Assembly (NCBI RefSeq): GCF_018350175.1
Contig: NC_058368.1
Location: 107,882,001 to 107,946,000, forward strand
Source: Felis catus
Lineage: Eukaryota
Reading direction: 5' to 3'
DNA: 64,000 nt
How positions within the stretch are numbered: position 1 is the first letter of the stretch; each line of letters begins with the position of its first letter. Both the position numbers and the translations under genes were made by a program. A model generated the notes under the pieces. The model had not been told where the DNA came from, ran no database searches, and saw nothing but the letters and a program-made list of their open reading frames with translations. Positions 26,248 through 39,269 of the stretch are shown piece by piece.

Positions 26248-27647
26248 TACTTCCAACTTCTGGACTATCAGTCATAAATATCCCATAATGGCTTCTAAAC
26301 CATTATCACTGAGTCAGGTTATCCATGTTTTTATTATGTTATTCTAAGAATATTAAACCCTATGTGAATACTATTATGTGTGCACATTAAAGTAAGCCAT
26401 TAAAGGTTCTGGAATGAACATCTTCCTGAAACCAAGAAGAAAATATTTAATCGATAGTCTGTATTCCAGTATCATACAATTCAGATACAAATCCTTTTTC
26501 TATTGAAATGCAAGAAGTTCTGCCTTTCAGTCTCTGAATAGAGTAAATGTAAATCTATAAAAGTAAATGAAAAATTTTGCAGAAGGCATTTTATTTTCTA
26601 AAGGAGTTAAGCTTATCTTTCTTATCTAAATGTCTCCATTTGGAGTATTCTCTATGGTGCTTTTACACATTGGCTTAGTCATCTTTTAGGACAATGAGAG
26701 TTTGGAAAGGAAATAAAGCAAAGAAAGAGGTCAACCCTCACCTCTCCCCACCTCTCATTCTTATCATGACCTTCTCCTGCAATTGAATTGCTTTTTAAGT
26801 TCTTATTGCAAATAGCATGAATATTCAAAATGTTTCATAAAGTAATGAAATGCATTGTTGATATGTTGTTTCATTACATAAGGCAACGAGTTGTTTACTC
26901 AACTCCAGTGACTTACCAAGGGATTTTTGAGGCAGTCAACTCTGATAAGCAAGACATAGCACTAGGCTTAAATAAATAGAAAAATAGATAAATAGATAGA
27001 TAGATATATAAACAAACAAATAAATAAATAAATATATATATAAGGTTTAGTATGGATCAACTTTAAATTACCTTTCCAATATCCCATCCTTCACTGTCTA
27101 CAAAGAGTATATGTAGAAGAGGGTAAAATATTGGTATGGTTGTGTAGAAGCAATAATAGTTAGTTCCAGACACAATACACTGAAAAAGATATACAGGTGC
27201 ATAAGAACACACGTACACATACACAGGCATGTGTAAAATATGTACTCTATATAAATACACATAAAATACTTATCTGTTTTATTTTGTACATACATCTAAA
27301 TTACTCTGTACCAACATGAGCTCTGTTCAACAGTTACTTGGTTGATTTAGAAGCCAGTCTCACAAAAGTGAGTGTTTACTTGGTTAATTTCTACAGTTCC
27401 TAAGATAATACCTTCCTCAGGCATGTAATGCATATTTGAAGACAGTTATTCTCTCTCTCCATACTCTCTTCCTGGGTCACATAACAACATTGGAGTCACT
27501 TTATGAACAACATTTGGAGTCACTTTATGAACTACAAAAACACATTTAAACCAGTGCTACTCAAAATATTCTGGGGCTGATATACAAGCTGTCACCTGTC
27601 CACCACAATGAGAACAAGACAGGAATTTGGGACAAACAATTACAAAC

Positions 27648-27851
27648 TTTTTTTAAGTTTATTTATTTATTTTGAGAGAGAAAGAGCATGAGAGGTGGAG
27701 GCGAAGAGAGAGAGGGAGCGAGAGAGAATCCCAGGCAGGCCCCAGACTGTGCAGGGCCCCATGCAGGGCTAGAACTCATGAACTGTGAGAGCATGACTTG
27801 AGCCAAAGTCAAGAACTGGACACACAACTGACTGAGCCACCCGGGCACCCC
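27648..27851 (-). mobile_element. CanSINE inside an older hAT/MER5-like relic (~27551-28022)
   Basis: SINE body; host ends 'ccagtgctactcaaa' and 'tttaagaaccactgg' are inverted. Confidence 0.9.
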
Positions 27852-30800
27852 AACAATGACAAATTTTTGTAGCAATTTGATATTGCTAAACTGTCCAAGC
27901 AGCATTTTACTTTTCTGGTAATTTATCTCTTATTGTATTTATAAAATACAATTATTTTATAGAATTATTTTTTTGTGACCAAAAAGTTAGACCTTCACCA
28001 TAGATGGTTTAAGAACCACTGGTCTACATTACTGTTACTTAAGCCTGATGGCTATCAAGGGTTCTCCAGGGAACTTCTTAAAAAGCATAGGATGTTTGGC
28101 AATCAGGGCCTGGGGTCTTATATTAAAAAAATCTCCAGATTACCTTGGTGCATATCGAGTTTAGAACGTCTTTTATACATATCTGTTGAACTGCTGCAGC
28201 TAATTATATCAAGACTTGTAAGTTCTTGGTGATTCCAAGAGAAAATAAGTGTTGTGTGCACAGGATCCCCTACCTTCTTCATTGCCATGTCTTCACCGCC
28301 CAGACTGATAGTTGATACACAGTAAGTGATCAAAAATACTGGTTGAAAGAATCAATAAATAAATGCATACATTAGTTCCTCAACTAGATTGTAAGAAAAT
28401 TTAAAACAAGCGCTTTGTGGCCTTTGACAGATTTCTTTATATAGAAAAAAACTCATTTTAAATACATTTGTGAATAAGTACCTTCCCGTAATAAGAGCAG
28501 ATTGATTTGTCAACATGCCTACATTGCAACCCCAAGAACCACTCCTGATCTTCCCAAATTAATAGATAATACAATTTTTGCAGACAGGTACATCCAGGCA
28601 TCCCCAGGCATTTACAGGTATCCCTGAATCAGTTTGGTCAGTCCCACCCCTCACTATAGAGGAAAACTTGACCACACCACACAAGACCAGAATCCACAGC
28701 CACGGCACAGCTGTTTATTGGTTGAGAAGGTGGCTCTTCTTTCTGTAACTCGGCGGGTCATTTACTCGGTAACACATTTTATCTTAACATAAACACATGA
28801 AGTCCTTTTAATGTCTTTGTGCCTTTTCCCATGCTATGTCTCATGCTGGAATACCATTCTGTTCTTCTTAACTCACTGAACAAAATTCTTCTACTCCTAT
28901 TCTTAAGGCCACCTTCCTCTGATCAGCTGAGAAACAACCACTCTTCATCAAAACTAATTGCTCTGCCCCCTGTTTTCCTACCACACTTGCCATTCCAAAC
29001 CTCTGTTGCATCTCAAGTTTCCCTATTATGCATTAAATCTTCAGTCTACATTCTTGTTGCTCCCATACTGAGCTCCTCCTGGGCTCAGAGCATATCTCAT
29101 TCTTTTCTTTGTTGCCTTATTTAAATGCCAGCTTCAGAGCCGATACTCCAGAGATGCTCTATAAATGTAGGAATTGCTATGGCCATTTTTTTTCTATGGA
29201 GGATCAGATTTAGGGAAGTTAGAGTAAGAGAGAATAAAGACTCTCTGGCATTCAAATTCCATGCCTCCCATGGAGAAGTCAGGAAAGGATGATTTTTTTT
29301 TTTCCTCTCAGAAATGAATGGGCAGGCCCTTCAGTGAGCCTTGCATCTAATGGACGCCCATGTAAGAACCTGCAATCTCTGTCATTGCAAGGCATTAATT
29401 AAACTAGTTTTGGTCCCTCCAAAAATGTGTATTTCCTGCTTGTGTCCTTGTGTTTTATCCACACACTAATACAAAGAGCCAATACCCTGCTGCAGGACTT
29501 AGTGTCTCCAAATTTCAATAAAAGGAACATTTTCTTTCAATATTCCTGCCTCCTCTACAATCTTGACATTGCTCCCTTTATTTTGGCAAGATGATGGATT
29601 TTTTTTTAAGTAACAGCTAATAACAGTTCATTACTGATCGATCTCCCCTTTGGCACTTGGATTATAAATCATTTTGGTCAGTTTTTTTGGTTCATGTTAT
29701 CAAGGGGGATTTCTTTTTGTTCCTGTGTCCACAAAAACAGGCAGATTTCATCTGCACTGTGTTTGTGTGTGCGGTTCACCTTTGCACTGAGGCTATAGCC
29801 CTTTAGAGTCCCAGCTTCACATAGACAATCCTCTTCATTTCCCATCTTGTAGGAAACAGGGTTCGTCTTTGGTCCACTATCCCCGCGATAGCAGCAAAAC
29901 AGAAACTCAGTGTCACCAGGGGTGAGCAGTCGCCTCCAGGTGAAAGCCAATTGGTGAACACTTACTTACCTCTATAAATCCCCTCTTTCGCTTCACTTTT
30001 CACCCCTATTTCTTCTTTTGGAGTGGAGGGGTGGTGGAATCAAACCATCTCACTGAGGGGCTTTGGGGGAAGGGTCATCGGGATTGGGAGACAATGAGAG
30101 CCAATGTCCTCCGTGAAGCAGGGGAGATCCCACAGTCACCAAAAATGCTTATTTCTTAGTTTCTTGCCAGCTCTGGGGACAGTTTACATGCGTTAGTATT
30201 TATTTTCCATAATTTTTATTTGTGTTCAGGGAATATGATATTTGAGGTATCTACAGTGTCATACTGATAGACACAGAAATCTAAGCACATTTTATTGGTA
30301 CACCACGTTAGGTAATTCGCACAGATCATTTGAATGGTGGTTTACCTCTTTGGTGTGGAAGAGGGGAAAATACTTAAGAACAGTACATATATTTATATTG
30401 TGATGAATTATTTAGCCTTAATAATAATTATAAAAGGAATGAGAAAGCAGTACAAGAGGGTAATAAGTTTTAGGGAAAAGAATCTCCATTTCATGTGGGT
30501 GATGAGAATCTTTCATTAAGGTCCTTCTTTGGTGCTTCTCTTGGCATTTCTATTCACAAGTGTTTGAATTTGTCATATACATGAAATGCTATGAATTTTT
30601 TCTTATCTCTCTTTACTCTTTATCAGACTTTCTCTTTTTGGTGCCCACTCTCTTATTTTTTTTTTCAAATCTTCTATTTCCCTTTAGTTGATTCTGCTTA
30701 AAATTAGTTTCTCAATCTGTTCCCTTCTCTGTGCCTATAGTTCTCCTTCCAATTTCTCCTTCTCACTCTCAGACACACTAGACAGACTTCTTGCTCACAG

Positions 30801-30914
30801 ACTTATTCTTTCCCTCACCTGACCTCCAACATTTTTGTCCTACTCCTTTTCTTGATGAAAAAATAATTTTTATAGGAATGTTTCTTCTCTTCTCAGTTAA
30901 AAAAAAAATTGGCA

Positions 30915-31055
30915 GTGGCTCAGGCCATCATCTCACAGTTGGTGAGATCGAGTTCTGTGCTGAAAGTGCTGAGCCTGCTTGGGATTCTCTCTCTGCCTCT
31001 CCCCTGCTCATTCCTCCCCCACCCCAAATAAATAAATAAACACTTTAAAAAAAAA
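30915..31055 (+). mobile_element. 5'-truncated CanSINE
   Basis: 'ggctcaggccatcatctcacagtt...gagcctgcttgggattctc', A tail. Confidence 0.85.
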
Positions 31056-31149
31056 CAGGCAGCATATGAAGAATCTTGGAAACCTGGGGGAAAAAAAAAG
31101 AATGATTAAAATCTTGCTGAATACTATTTGTTTTCAAAATGGAGGATGT

Positions 31150-31277
31150 GAGATGCCTGGGTGGCTTAGTCAGTGGAGCATGTGACTCTCGATCTCAGGG
31201 TTGTGAGTTCAAGCCACAGTTTGGGTATAGAGATTACTTAAAAATAAAATCTTGAAAAAAAATAATAAAATAAAAAT
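31150..31277 (+). mobile_element. Short CanSINE subfamily lacking the (CT)n tract
   Basis: tRNA-like head followed by 'gagattacttaaaaataaaatct'; TSD aaaatg(g/a)aggatg. Confidence 0.9.
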
Positions 31278-31659
31278 AAAATGAAGGATGCCTGATGAAA
31301 TCAAAGATCTCTCTGGTATTACCATAATGGGTGAAATCAATAGTATTCTCCATGCTGTTTCACTGTGAAGATGAGAGAAACAAAGATCTAAAGCAATAGT
31401 AGTGAGAGAAAAGTTCAGGGAACAGAATCGATTTTTATTGCTAACAATTGTGTAAACTGAAATGGTTACAGGCTTCTGAAAGGATCTAAAAGCATGTGGA
31501 TCAATGCTGAGAGCCAAATGTGAAAATGGCTGGGCCTATGTCTTTGATCTCCTTAAGAGTAAATGCATTTCTAAGAGTAAAATGTTATTAAAAAAATTTT
31601 TTTGGGGGAGTGTTATATATGAATATTCACATGTTCATGGTTCTTTTGCAAGCCATCAC

Positions 31660-31850
31660 TGGGATTAACATATTTAATCCTCACAACTACCCTTATAAGA
31701 GAAGGTGTTTTCCTCTCCTATTTTCCAGGTGGGAAAACTGAGACTTAGACCTGTTAGACAACCTTCCCAAGATTATGCAGCTGGCAGGGGGAGGTACCAA
31801 TAGTCAGGCACAGGCATGCCCAACTCGGCTCAGCTCTCCTCACCAAAATG
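31660..31850 (-). mobile_element. MIR
   Basis: 'atttaatcctcacaactaccct...ggaaaactgagacttaga'. Confidence 0.7.
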
Positions 31851-33745
31851 CTGCCTCAACCTGAAACCAGAGGTAGAAAAGAAAATGGCATCATGTGCAA
31901 TTACAGTGATCTTTTTGTGCCTTTTTAAGGGGTGATTTCTTAGATGCCATATTCAAACTAAAATGGATCTTAGAGAAAACTTTGTCAAGCCTCATTTCAT
32001 AGACAAGGAACATAATTCTCAGAGAAGAGAAAGAATTAGCTCAAGAATGTCATTTGTCTTTGTGGGATTTTACCCCCAGATCACTCTGATGGGAGCCTTT
32101 ACTCTTGAATTGTATTCTCAACTGATTATCTTCCCAACTGATTATGCACAACACTAGAAAGTCAGTTAAGACACTGAGCATTCTTTGAATAAAGGTACTG
32201 TGGATTCAGAAATCCTTAACTAACACATGGATATGTTGCCCTGAGGGAATGGAACAATAGTTACTGTTTTTCTTTGAATTTGCAGTTTCATCAGAGGGCT
32301 TCTTGTCTGTTTCCCAAGAAGGAAGAAGCAGAGGAGTACACTATCCCTCTCACTCACACATTCCCTGCCTGGCTGAAAAATATATGCATAGTTGCTATCT
32401 CAGTGAACAAGTTATTTATGTTGCAAAATTGTTCTTGAGCATTCAGAACATCTTCCTTCAGAGAATGGTGGCATCTTAAATGCAGCAGGCACTGTGCAAT
32501 TTGTTGTTTTCATCACAGAGGTTTTTGTTGTTGTTTTCCGCACCTATTCAGGTGAAAGTACAGCCTATTCAGTCTCTTTTCATGACACCATGGGGAGCTG
32601 AAGCATTCGTGTACAGAGAAACTTTTGAAATGAGTCCACAAAGAATAATTCCCTCCAAGGACACAGAGTCCTGCAAATTAAAGGTGGGCACAGAAAGTTG
32701 CAAAACAAGTGACATATTCCAGTGATTTTCTCTGGCACCTTCATACTTCCCAAACCTTGCTGCACCTCCAAAAGCTGTCTTTTTCTCTGTTGTGGCTGAG
32801 GATTGTCACCATATGCCTAATAAAAACATACTCTCAAAAAGAGAGCTGCTCACTGTGGATTTGAGGCTCTTTCTTTGGCTTTTCGGATTAAAAAATAAAG
32901 GCATTTCCTGATAAACGAAATGCCTTGACACACATTTCTGACATGTACAAAGGAAACTTTTATCACAGTCAAGACCACAGTGGGAAGATTCTACGTTACT
33001 AAATCTGCATTAAGGAATTTGCAGTTTAGCATGTACCGTGCTCATTTTTCTTGAACCACTGAATTGGAATAATTTATATGGTGAACAAAGAACTAGCTTA
33101 AACAATGCTCTCCTTAGGAACTTCAGGCGCTAACAATCCTGCAAAAACAGCACATGTTGACTTTTTTCTGCAAATTTCAGGAGAGTAAGATTCCTTCAAA
33201 GATTCAAAATGTGATTGAATTGTTAACCTCACTCTGCTCTACAGATGAATTGTGGATTATTTTCTGCTACTAGAAAATCGTTAAAAAGTCTTAAATTACT
33301 GTAATTTGGCACTCATCTTTCAAAGTCATTCTTCAGGGAGAACAGGGCCACAGGCAAGGAGGCTTCCTTTGGAGAGTAGCAGGGGTAAGACAGCCAGGCT
33401 TAGGCGCTGAGCTCTGTGTTTGTGACTCTCAACAGCTGCCTCTGAGGAGCTGTGAAATTATCCTCAGCTCTTACCAATTTAAAGAGAAAAAAAAGCCTCC
33501 TTTAAATCTGCCCTGTTGTTGATTTCAGGTTTTTTTGTTCAGCTAGGGCAGCGTTCTCTATTCCTCTATATGTTGAAACAGTGCGGTAAAAGGACAGAAG
33601 GTCGCTGGAGAATAATTCCACAAAATTGCTCGTATACTCTATAAATGTACGTAGTTTAAAATCTGTTAGTTTAAAATCACTTCTAAAAAAATAAAAATAA
33701 AAAAATAAAATCACTTCCTACTTTAGTTTTATTTAGGTACAAATC

Positions 33746-33778
33746 TGCAGTTTAGTCCTCATCCTGTAGGTGGCGTGC
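33746..33778 (+). promoter_or_regulatory. Candidate CTCF binding site with upstream (U) motif
   Basis: TGCAGTTTA, an 8-nt spacer, then CCTGTAGGTGGCG, in non-repeat sequence; motif match only. Confidence 0.55.
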
Positions 33779-34000
33779 TTAGGGCAATCAGCGGACTCCA
33801 CTGGAAAGCAAAATACAGATTAGACATTTAGGGATAAGAAACATATTACTTCTGTATGTGTGTGTGATATTCAAGGAAAGATCAACAGTTTGCCTTTGAT
33901 AAGATCCCAATCTCACTGTAGAGTTTACTTAATATATAATTTTCTTTTCTTCTATTATTCCACTTTGTTTTCCTTCATTTAAAAAAATATTCTATTTCCT

Positions 34001-34215
34001 GGGGTGCCTGGGTGGCTCAGTCGTTGGGCGTCCGACTTAGGCTCAGGTCATGATCTCGTAGTCTGTGAGTTCGAGCCCCGTCGGGGTCTGTGCTGACAGC
34101 TCAGAGCCTGGAGCCTGTTTCAGATTCTGTGTCTCCCTCTCTCTCTGACCCTCCCCCCGTTCATGCTGTGTCTCTCTCTGTCTCAAAAATAAAAAAATAA
34201 ACGTTAAAAAAAATA
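34001..34215 (+). mobile_element. Young CanSINE (SINEC_Fc)
   Basis: CpG-rich, near consensus; TSD aaatat(t)ctatttcct. Confidence 0.97.
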
Positions 34216-35118
34216 AATATCTATTTCCTCTTTTACAGTGAGTCATTGACTATAAACTATTTTATTGCAAGTTATTATACATATTATTTAAAAGGAAATA
34301 GATTTTTTAAAACATCTACATATATAATTAAAATACTGCTGCATCGTCAAGATTCTAAAGACTTTTATTTCCAATCATAAGGGAAACATTGAATAGTTTG
34401 AAAACTCTTGGTCTAAAATTCATATAACTATAAGCTTTGGGCTCACAATCCCTGGTTTTGGAAACTTTTTTTGCTCTGCTCTGCTTTCTCTGCATGATCT
34501 TTTGCCACTCCCTTCTTCATCAAGCTGACCTTTTATTTTAATGTGTTTTCCAGAGGGAACTTGCTATAATAGAGGCAATCTGTTGGACATGATTTCTGGT
34601 GATGACTCCACAGTATTGGTGTACTTTATGTTTCTACTTAATTGATTAAGAATAGTCAGTTTAACGTGGTACTTTCTCTATTACTTCATTTTAATCTGGG
34701 AAAACCAGGGTGATTCATCACCAGGGTTTTAGGTAAATATTAAACTTAAGGAGACAGGAGGTGTGGGTTAAAGAAGGTGTGGGTTCTGGTTTTGCCAAGA
34801 TGGTGAAATAATACCAGTTTCAGTCTCTATCCTTCAAAACAAACCCTGGGGAAAATATAGAAGCAAGAGGAAAATATGGTTTTAAGGAAGGTTTCGTTTG
34901 GTTTCAATTAAGGTTTTAAGGAACTATCAAACTGTCTTCTTCCTCCCAGGAAGAAGGCCATCTAAGAACTGATTTGCACAGGAAAAGATGGGTAGTGGTA
35001 GCCTGGGGCAGAGAAAAGCCAGACACAGCAAATGGGAGAGTGGGTTGGAAGAGTGGTTCTCAAGTAAAGTGCTCAGACCAGTAGCATTGGTATTGCATCA
35101 GAACCCATTAGAAATACA

Positions 35119-35325
35119 GGGACACCTGTGTGGCTCAGTGGGTTGGGCATCCAACTCTTGGTTTCAGCTCAGGTCATGATTTCCTGGTTTCATGAGTTCA
35201 AGACCTAGGTCAGGCTCTGCACTGGTGGCACAAGCCTGCCTGGGATTCTCTCTATCCCTCTCTTTATGCCCCTCCCCTACTTGCACTATCTCTCTCAAAT
35301 AATAAATAAATTTTCTTTTAAAAAA
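35119..35325 (+). mobile_element. CanSINE splitting a MER5A-like element (~35051-35450)
   Basis: TSD around 'attagaaataca'; the host continues 'cccagacctgctgaatcag'. Confidence 0.9.
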
Positions 35326-35976
35326 GAACTTATTAGAAATACAAATTACAGGCTAGTCCCAGACCTGCTGAATCAGGAACTTAAAGCAGGAGCCAGCCGT
35401 CTATGTTCAATAACCTTTTCTGGTAATTCTGATATATGCTAAAGTTTAAGGAGAGAACGGGTTTTTAAGCCTCACTTGCCTTTTTCTTGCTTTGCCTTAG
35501 AACAGTCATGGCCTGCAAGCATTTCTACAGATATCTGCCTCTCCCTCAGCAGCTCAGCAAAACTTAGAGGATCAGTGTCATTACTTGTGAGGGGAGTATT
35601 ACAGCAGGTGCAAAAAATCGTGCTTGGACAAAAAGTTAGGAACATAGGTGTAACCAGCTGTTCTCCAGCATTTATTTCTCCACTGAAGCCCTCAGGTTAC
35701 AGCCTCAGGAATAGAGTGTACCTGCCTTTGCTGATTCACCTCAGGCTTTAAAGAAACCCTGACTCAGGTAGCTGCCTGCTGGAGGGTCAGCCAAAAAGTC
35801 ACCAAGGATTCTGTGGAGTTTGAGATACTCTACCCTGGGGGCTTATCTCTGCCTCCCCAACTAAACCTGGACTGATCCAAATCAACATTTAATCTTGGGC
35901 CATTAAACATTGACCAGACAGAATAGCTGTTATCCCCAAGAGGACATGGTTTTATCAGACACAACAATGAGACCTC

Positions 35977-36410
35977 TGGAGAGTGACATTATCAAGACAG
36001 TGACATAGGTTGTTCCTGACTTTGCTCCCCCTCGCAAGAAGAATAACCAACAACTATTCATGGACAAGAACCCCACTGAAGGACTCCTAGAACACTGGAG
36101 TTTGGGCTGAAGGACGACTTGCACCACAGAGACCAAAGCAAACTGCATTAGAAGGGAAAGAAGCGCCACTACACAAGTGACCACATCGCCCCTCCCCCAA
36201 GCCAGCACAGCACCACATGGAGAGGTCTCTCCTGAGCCTCTGGTTCCTTCATTGGGAAAAGAGAGCCCTGTGGGGACAACCAGCACCCCCAAGCACTCCC
36301 AGCACTGTGGGTCACTTTGTGAGATCCCCTACTCTGGTCTCACCCCAGAGGGATTGCAGGGGGCTCCACAGAGTCAACTACTGGGAATCTAACTGACAGA
36401 GAACAGATCT
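35977..36410 (+). mobile_element. Isolated 5'UTR fragment of an old L1M
   Basis: start 'ggagagtgacattatcaagacag' resembles an L1M 5' end (gtgacgtcagcaagatggcg); GC-richer than the flanks. Confidence 0.5.
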
Positions 36411-36524
36411 CTGAGAAGGGTGAATCTAGGATTCTGAGGCCTGAAAATTATGTAATTATTTTTTATCTTACAAAAAATAAAAACAAATTACAAATACAAA
36501 ATCAGAAATGAAAATGAATGTTTA

Positions 36525-36748
36525 GGGGGAGCCTGGGTGGCTCAGTCGGTTAAGCATCGGACTTCAGCTCAGGTCATGATCTGATCATGTTCAGTCCATG
36601 AGCCCACATCAGGCTCTGTGCTGACAGCTCAGAACGTGGAGCCTGCTTTGGATTCTGTGTCTCCCTCTCTCTCTCTCCCTATCCCCCCCTCATGCTCTCT
36701 CTGTCAAAAATAAAGAAATGTTAAAAAAAATTTTTTTTAATAAAAAGA
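36525..36748 (+). mobile_element. CanSINE
   Basis: TSD gaaaatgaatgtttagg. Confidence 0.95.
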
Positions 36749-36890
36749 AAATGAATGTTTAGGATGACAAAAGAAATCACAACCAAATACACATTTTTAA
36801 AAAACCTGACATATCACAAGCATCACTAAATCTACAAAAGGTATGTTTATTAATTAACCAGCTGATATATCCTTAGAAAACTATTTTGTT

Positions 36891-37100
36891 GGGGCACCTG
36901 GGTGGCTTGGTCAGTGAAGTGTCGAAATCTTGATTTTGGCTCAGGTCATGATCTCATGGTTTGTGAGTTTGAGCCCCACGTCAGGCTCTGTGCTGACAGT
37001 GCGGAACCTGCTTGAGATTCTCTCTCTCTCTCCCTGTCTCTCTGCCCCTCCCCTGCTCATACTCTCTCTCAAAATACATAAATAAACTTAAAGAAAAAAA
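36891..37100 (+). mobile_element. CanSINE
   Basis: TSD agaaaactatttt. Confidence 0.95.
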
Positions 37101-37307
37101 GAAAACTATTTTCTCTTTTTTTTTTTTTTTTGGTCTTTATTCTTTCTGGTCACCTCTTCATCTTTCAACAACTGTATTATCAAAGATAATTACAATTTTA
37201 AAAAGGAAAGAGGTATTTTAGTTTTTTCTATAATATGATTGGTCAAATTTTGTTTTTATTCTTGATATCTAAATGCATAAAACATACAGCTTCACATACT
37301 GACTTGT

Positions 37308-37519
37308 CTTTTTTTTTTTTAAGTTTTATTATTTATTTTGAGAGAGAGAGAGCATGATCAAGGAAGGGGCAGAGAAAGAGGAAGAGAGAGAATTCCAAGC
37401 AGGCTCTGCACTGTCAGCACAGAGCCTAATGTGGGACTGGATATCAAGAACCATGAGATCATGGCCTGATCAAAAGTCAAGAGTCAGATGCTCAAGTGAC
37501 TGAACCACCCAGGCGCGCC
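37308..37519 (-). mobile_element. CanSINE
   Basis: reverse complement of the SINE. Confidence 0.95.
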
Positions 37520-38097
37520 ACTTAAGTACCTTTAATCCTGCTATAGTTTTCTGCTTTGAGCAGATTGAAAGACATCTGATTAATCCTGCTTTGCATGAGT
37601 TGTATCAAAAAAGAGAAGCTTTAGGTTACATTTGAAATTTTGTGTATTTTCAATTTTTGGTTATATTCCTAAAAACAGAGAACTTGCATTTTGAGTAGGG
37701 GTCAATGAAAAACAACTTCTCCTCTTAGAATCTTCTATATCTGATGATTAGAATAATTTTTTATGTATCATTTTCTGCCTTGTGCTTTCCACACCACTTC
37801 CTTCATATTCTCAATGCTGGACACAATAGAACATTTTCATAATACAATATGACCTGTTCGATGTCATGATGCAGGATGAATTGGCACAGTGTACTATTTC
37901 TGGAAGCTATTTTTACACAGGTACAGCTAGTAATAACCATACTCAGAAGTTACCACAAATCATATATATTGGAATGGAAATGGAGTGGAAAGATACAGCA
38001 GTCTTGACTCATTGCATGTTAAGTATCTTACTTTTGCATATGTACAAAAATATGCAACCACTTGCTAGTGAGAGTCCATGACTCTCAGGCTTTATCG

Positions 38098-38147
38098 TGT
38101 AATAGTCAGGGTTCTTCAGAGAAATAAAACCAATAGGAAATACATAT

Positions 38148-38200
<53 letters not shown>

Positions 38201-38540
38201 TTTGTTTTAAGGAATTGTCTTACTTGATAGTGGAGGTTAGCAAGTCCATAACCTGCAGAGTAGCCTAAAGTCCCAGAGAAGAGTCAGTGTTGTAGTTCCA
38301 GTACAAAGAGAGTCTGTTGGCAGAATTCTTTCTTTCTACAGAGCGGTTAGTTTTTTTCTAACAAGACCTTCACCTGATTGGATGAGGTCCACCCACATTG
38401 TAGTCTATTTTATTCAGTCTATTAATTTAAATGTTCATTCATCTAAAAAAGTACCTTCACAGAAACATCTAGAATAATGTTTGACCAAATATCTGGGTAC
38501 CATGGCCTACCAAGCTGACACATCAAGTTACCCATTACCA
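38098..38540 (-). mobile_element. MLT2-like (ERVL) LTR containing a (GA)n microsatellite at ~38150-38198
   Basis: 'tgtaatagtcagggttcttcagagaaataaaaccaatagga' is the reverse complement of the MLT2 3' end; the other end is 'ctgacacatcaagttacccattacca'. Confidence 0.8.
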
Positions 38541-39072
38541 TGGTGACTCTTCCTTTACACCTGAGTTAAACAACCTCAAAAGGAAATAAACAGAACAGAG
38601 TATGTAACCTGAACAGAGGTACCAGAACAGAGGGACTGTAGCAATTTGTAATGTTCATCTGCATGAGATTCTTCTCTTTCCAGGGGAATAAGAGCATTAC
38701 ACTTTTCCACCTTTGTAGTTAAGCAGGACTATGTGATTAGTACTGAGTCCCTTTTTTTTATGAATCAAAGTTATGAGTTATGATTTATGATTTCTGGGTG
38801 AAGTTTTTCATTGCCAGTACAAGATTCTCCAGAGTGCTTTTTTCCTGCTGTGTTTGCCATATAGGTTGCATGTTCCAGATGCTTTGACAACATTGTGGTG
38901 GAACCTGCAACCATCTAGATTCCTGTGATGCCACATGTGTTGCCCTGAGGCATTGCCTGGATATATAGTAGACTTTCTATGAGCTAAACCACTGAGTTTA
39001 GGAGATTTTTTCATGCTGCATCATAATCTATTCCAACTAGTGCTTGAATCAATGAATTAAAATAAACATGCT

Positions 39073-39247
39073 GGGGGCACCTGGGGCTCAGTCAGTCAAG
39101 TGTCCAACTTTGGCTCAGGTCATGATCTCACAGTTAGTTCAGGCCCCACATCTGGATCTCTGCTGTCAGATCCTCTGTCCCCTTCTCCCTCTGCCCCTCC
39201 CCCACTCATTCTGTCTTTGTCTCTCTCTCTCAAAAATAAACATTAAA
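39073..39247 (+). mobile_element. CanSINE (internally deleted)
   Basis: TSD aaaataaacatgct. Confidence 0.93.
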
Positions 39248-39269
39248 AAAATAAACATGCTAAATTTAA

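Larger units (their letters stand above)
36415..38095. mobile_element. Old hAT-type DNA transposon remnant (MER53-like left end) interrupted by three SINEs
   Basis: 'gaatctaggattctgaggcctgaaaattatgtaatt...aaattacaaatacaaaat' resembles the MER53-type terminus. Confidence 0.4.

Noticed and set aside
31150..31230. tRNA-like sequences at SINE 5' ends
   Set aside because: tRNA-derived SINE heads with tails and TSDs, not tRNA genes.
32549..32690. Possible plus-strand exon (…ctattcag|gtgaaag…aaag|gtgggc) inside ORF 32480-32725
   Set aside because: Weak donor, unrecognised peptide and no supporting neighbouring exons.
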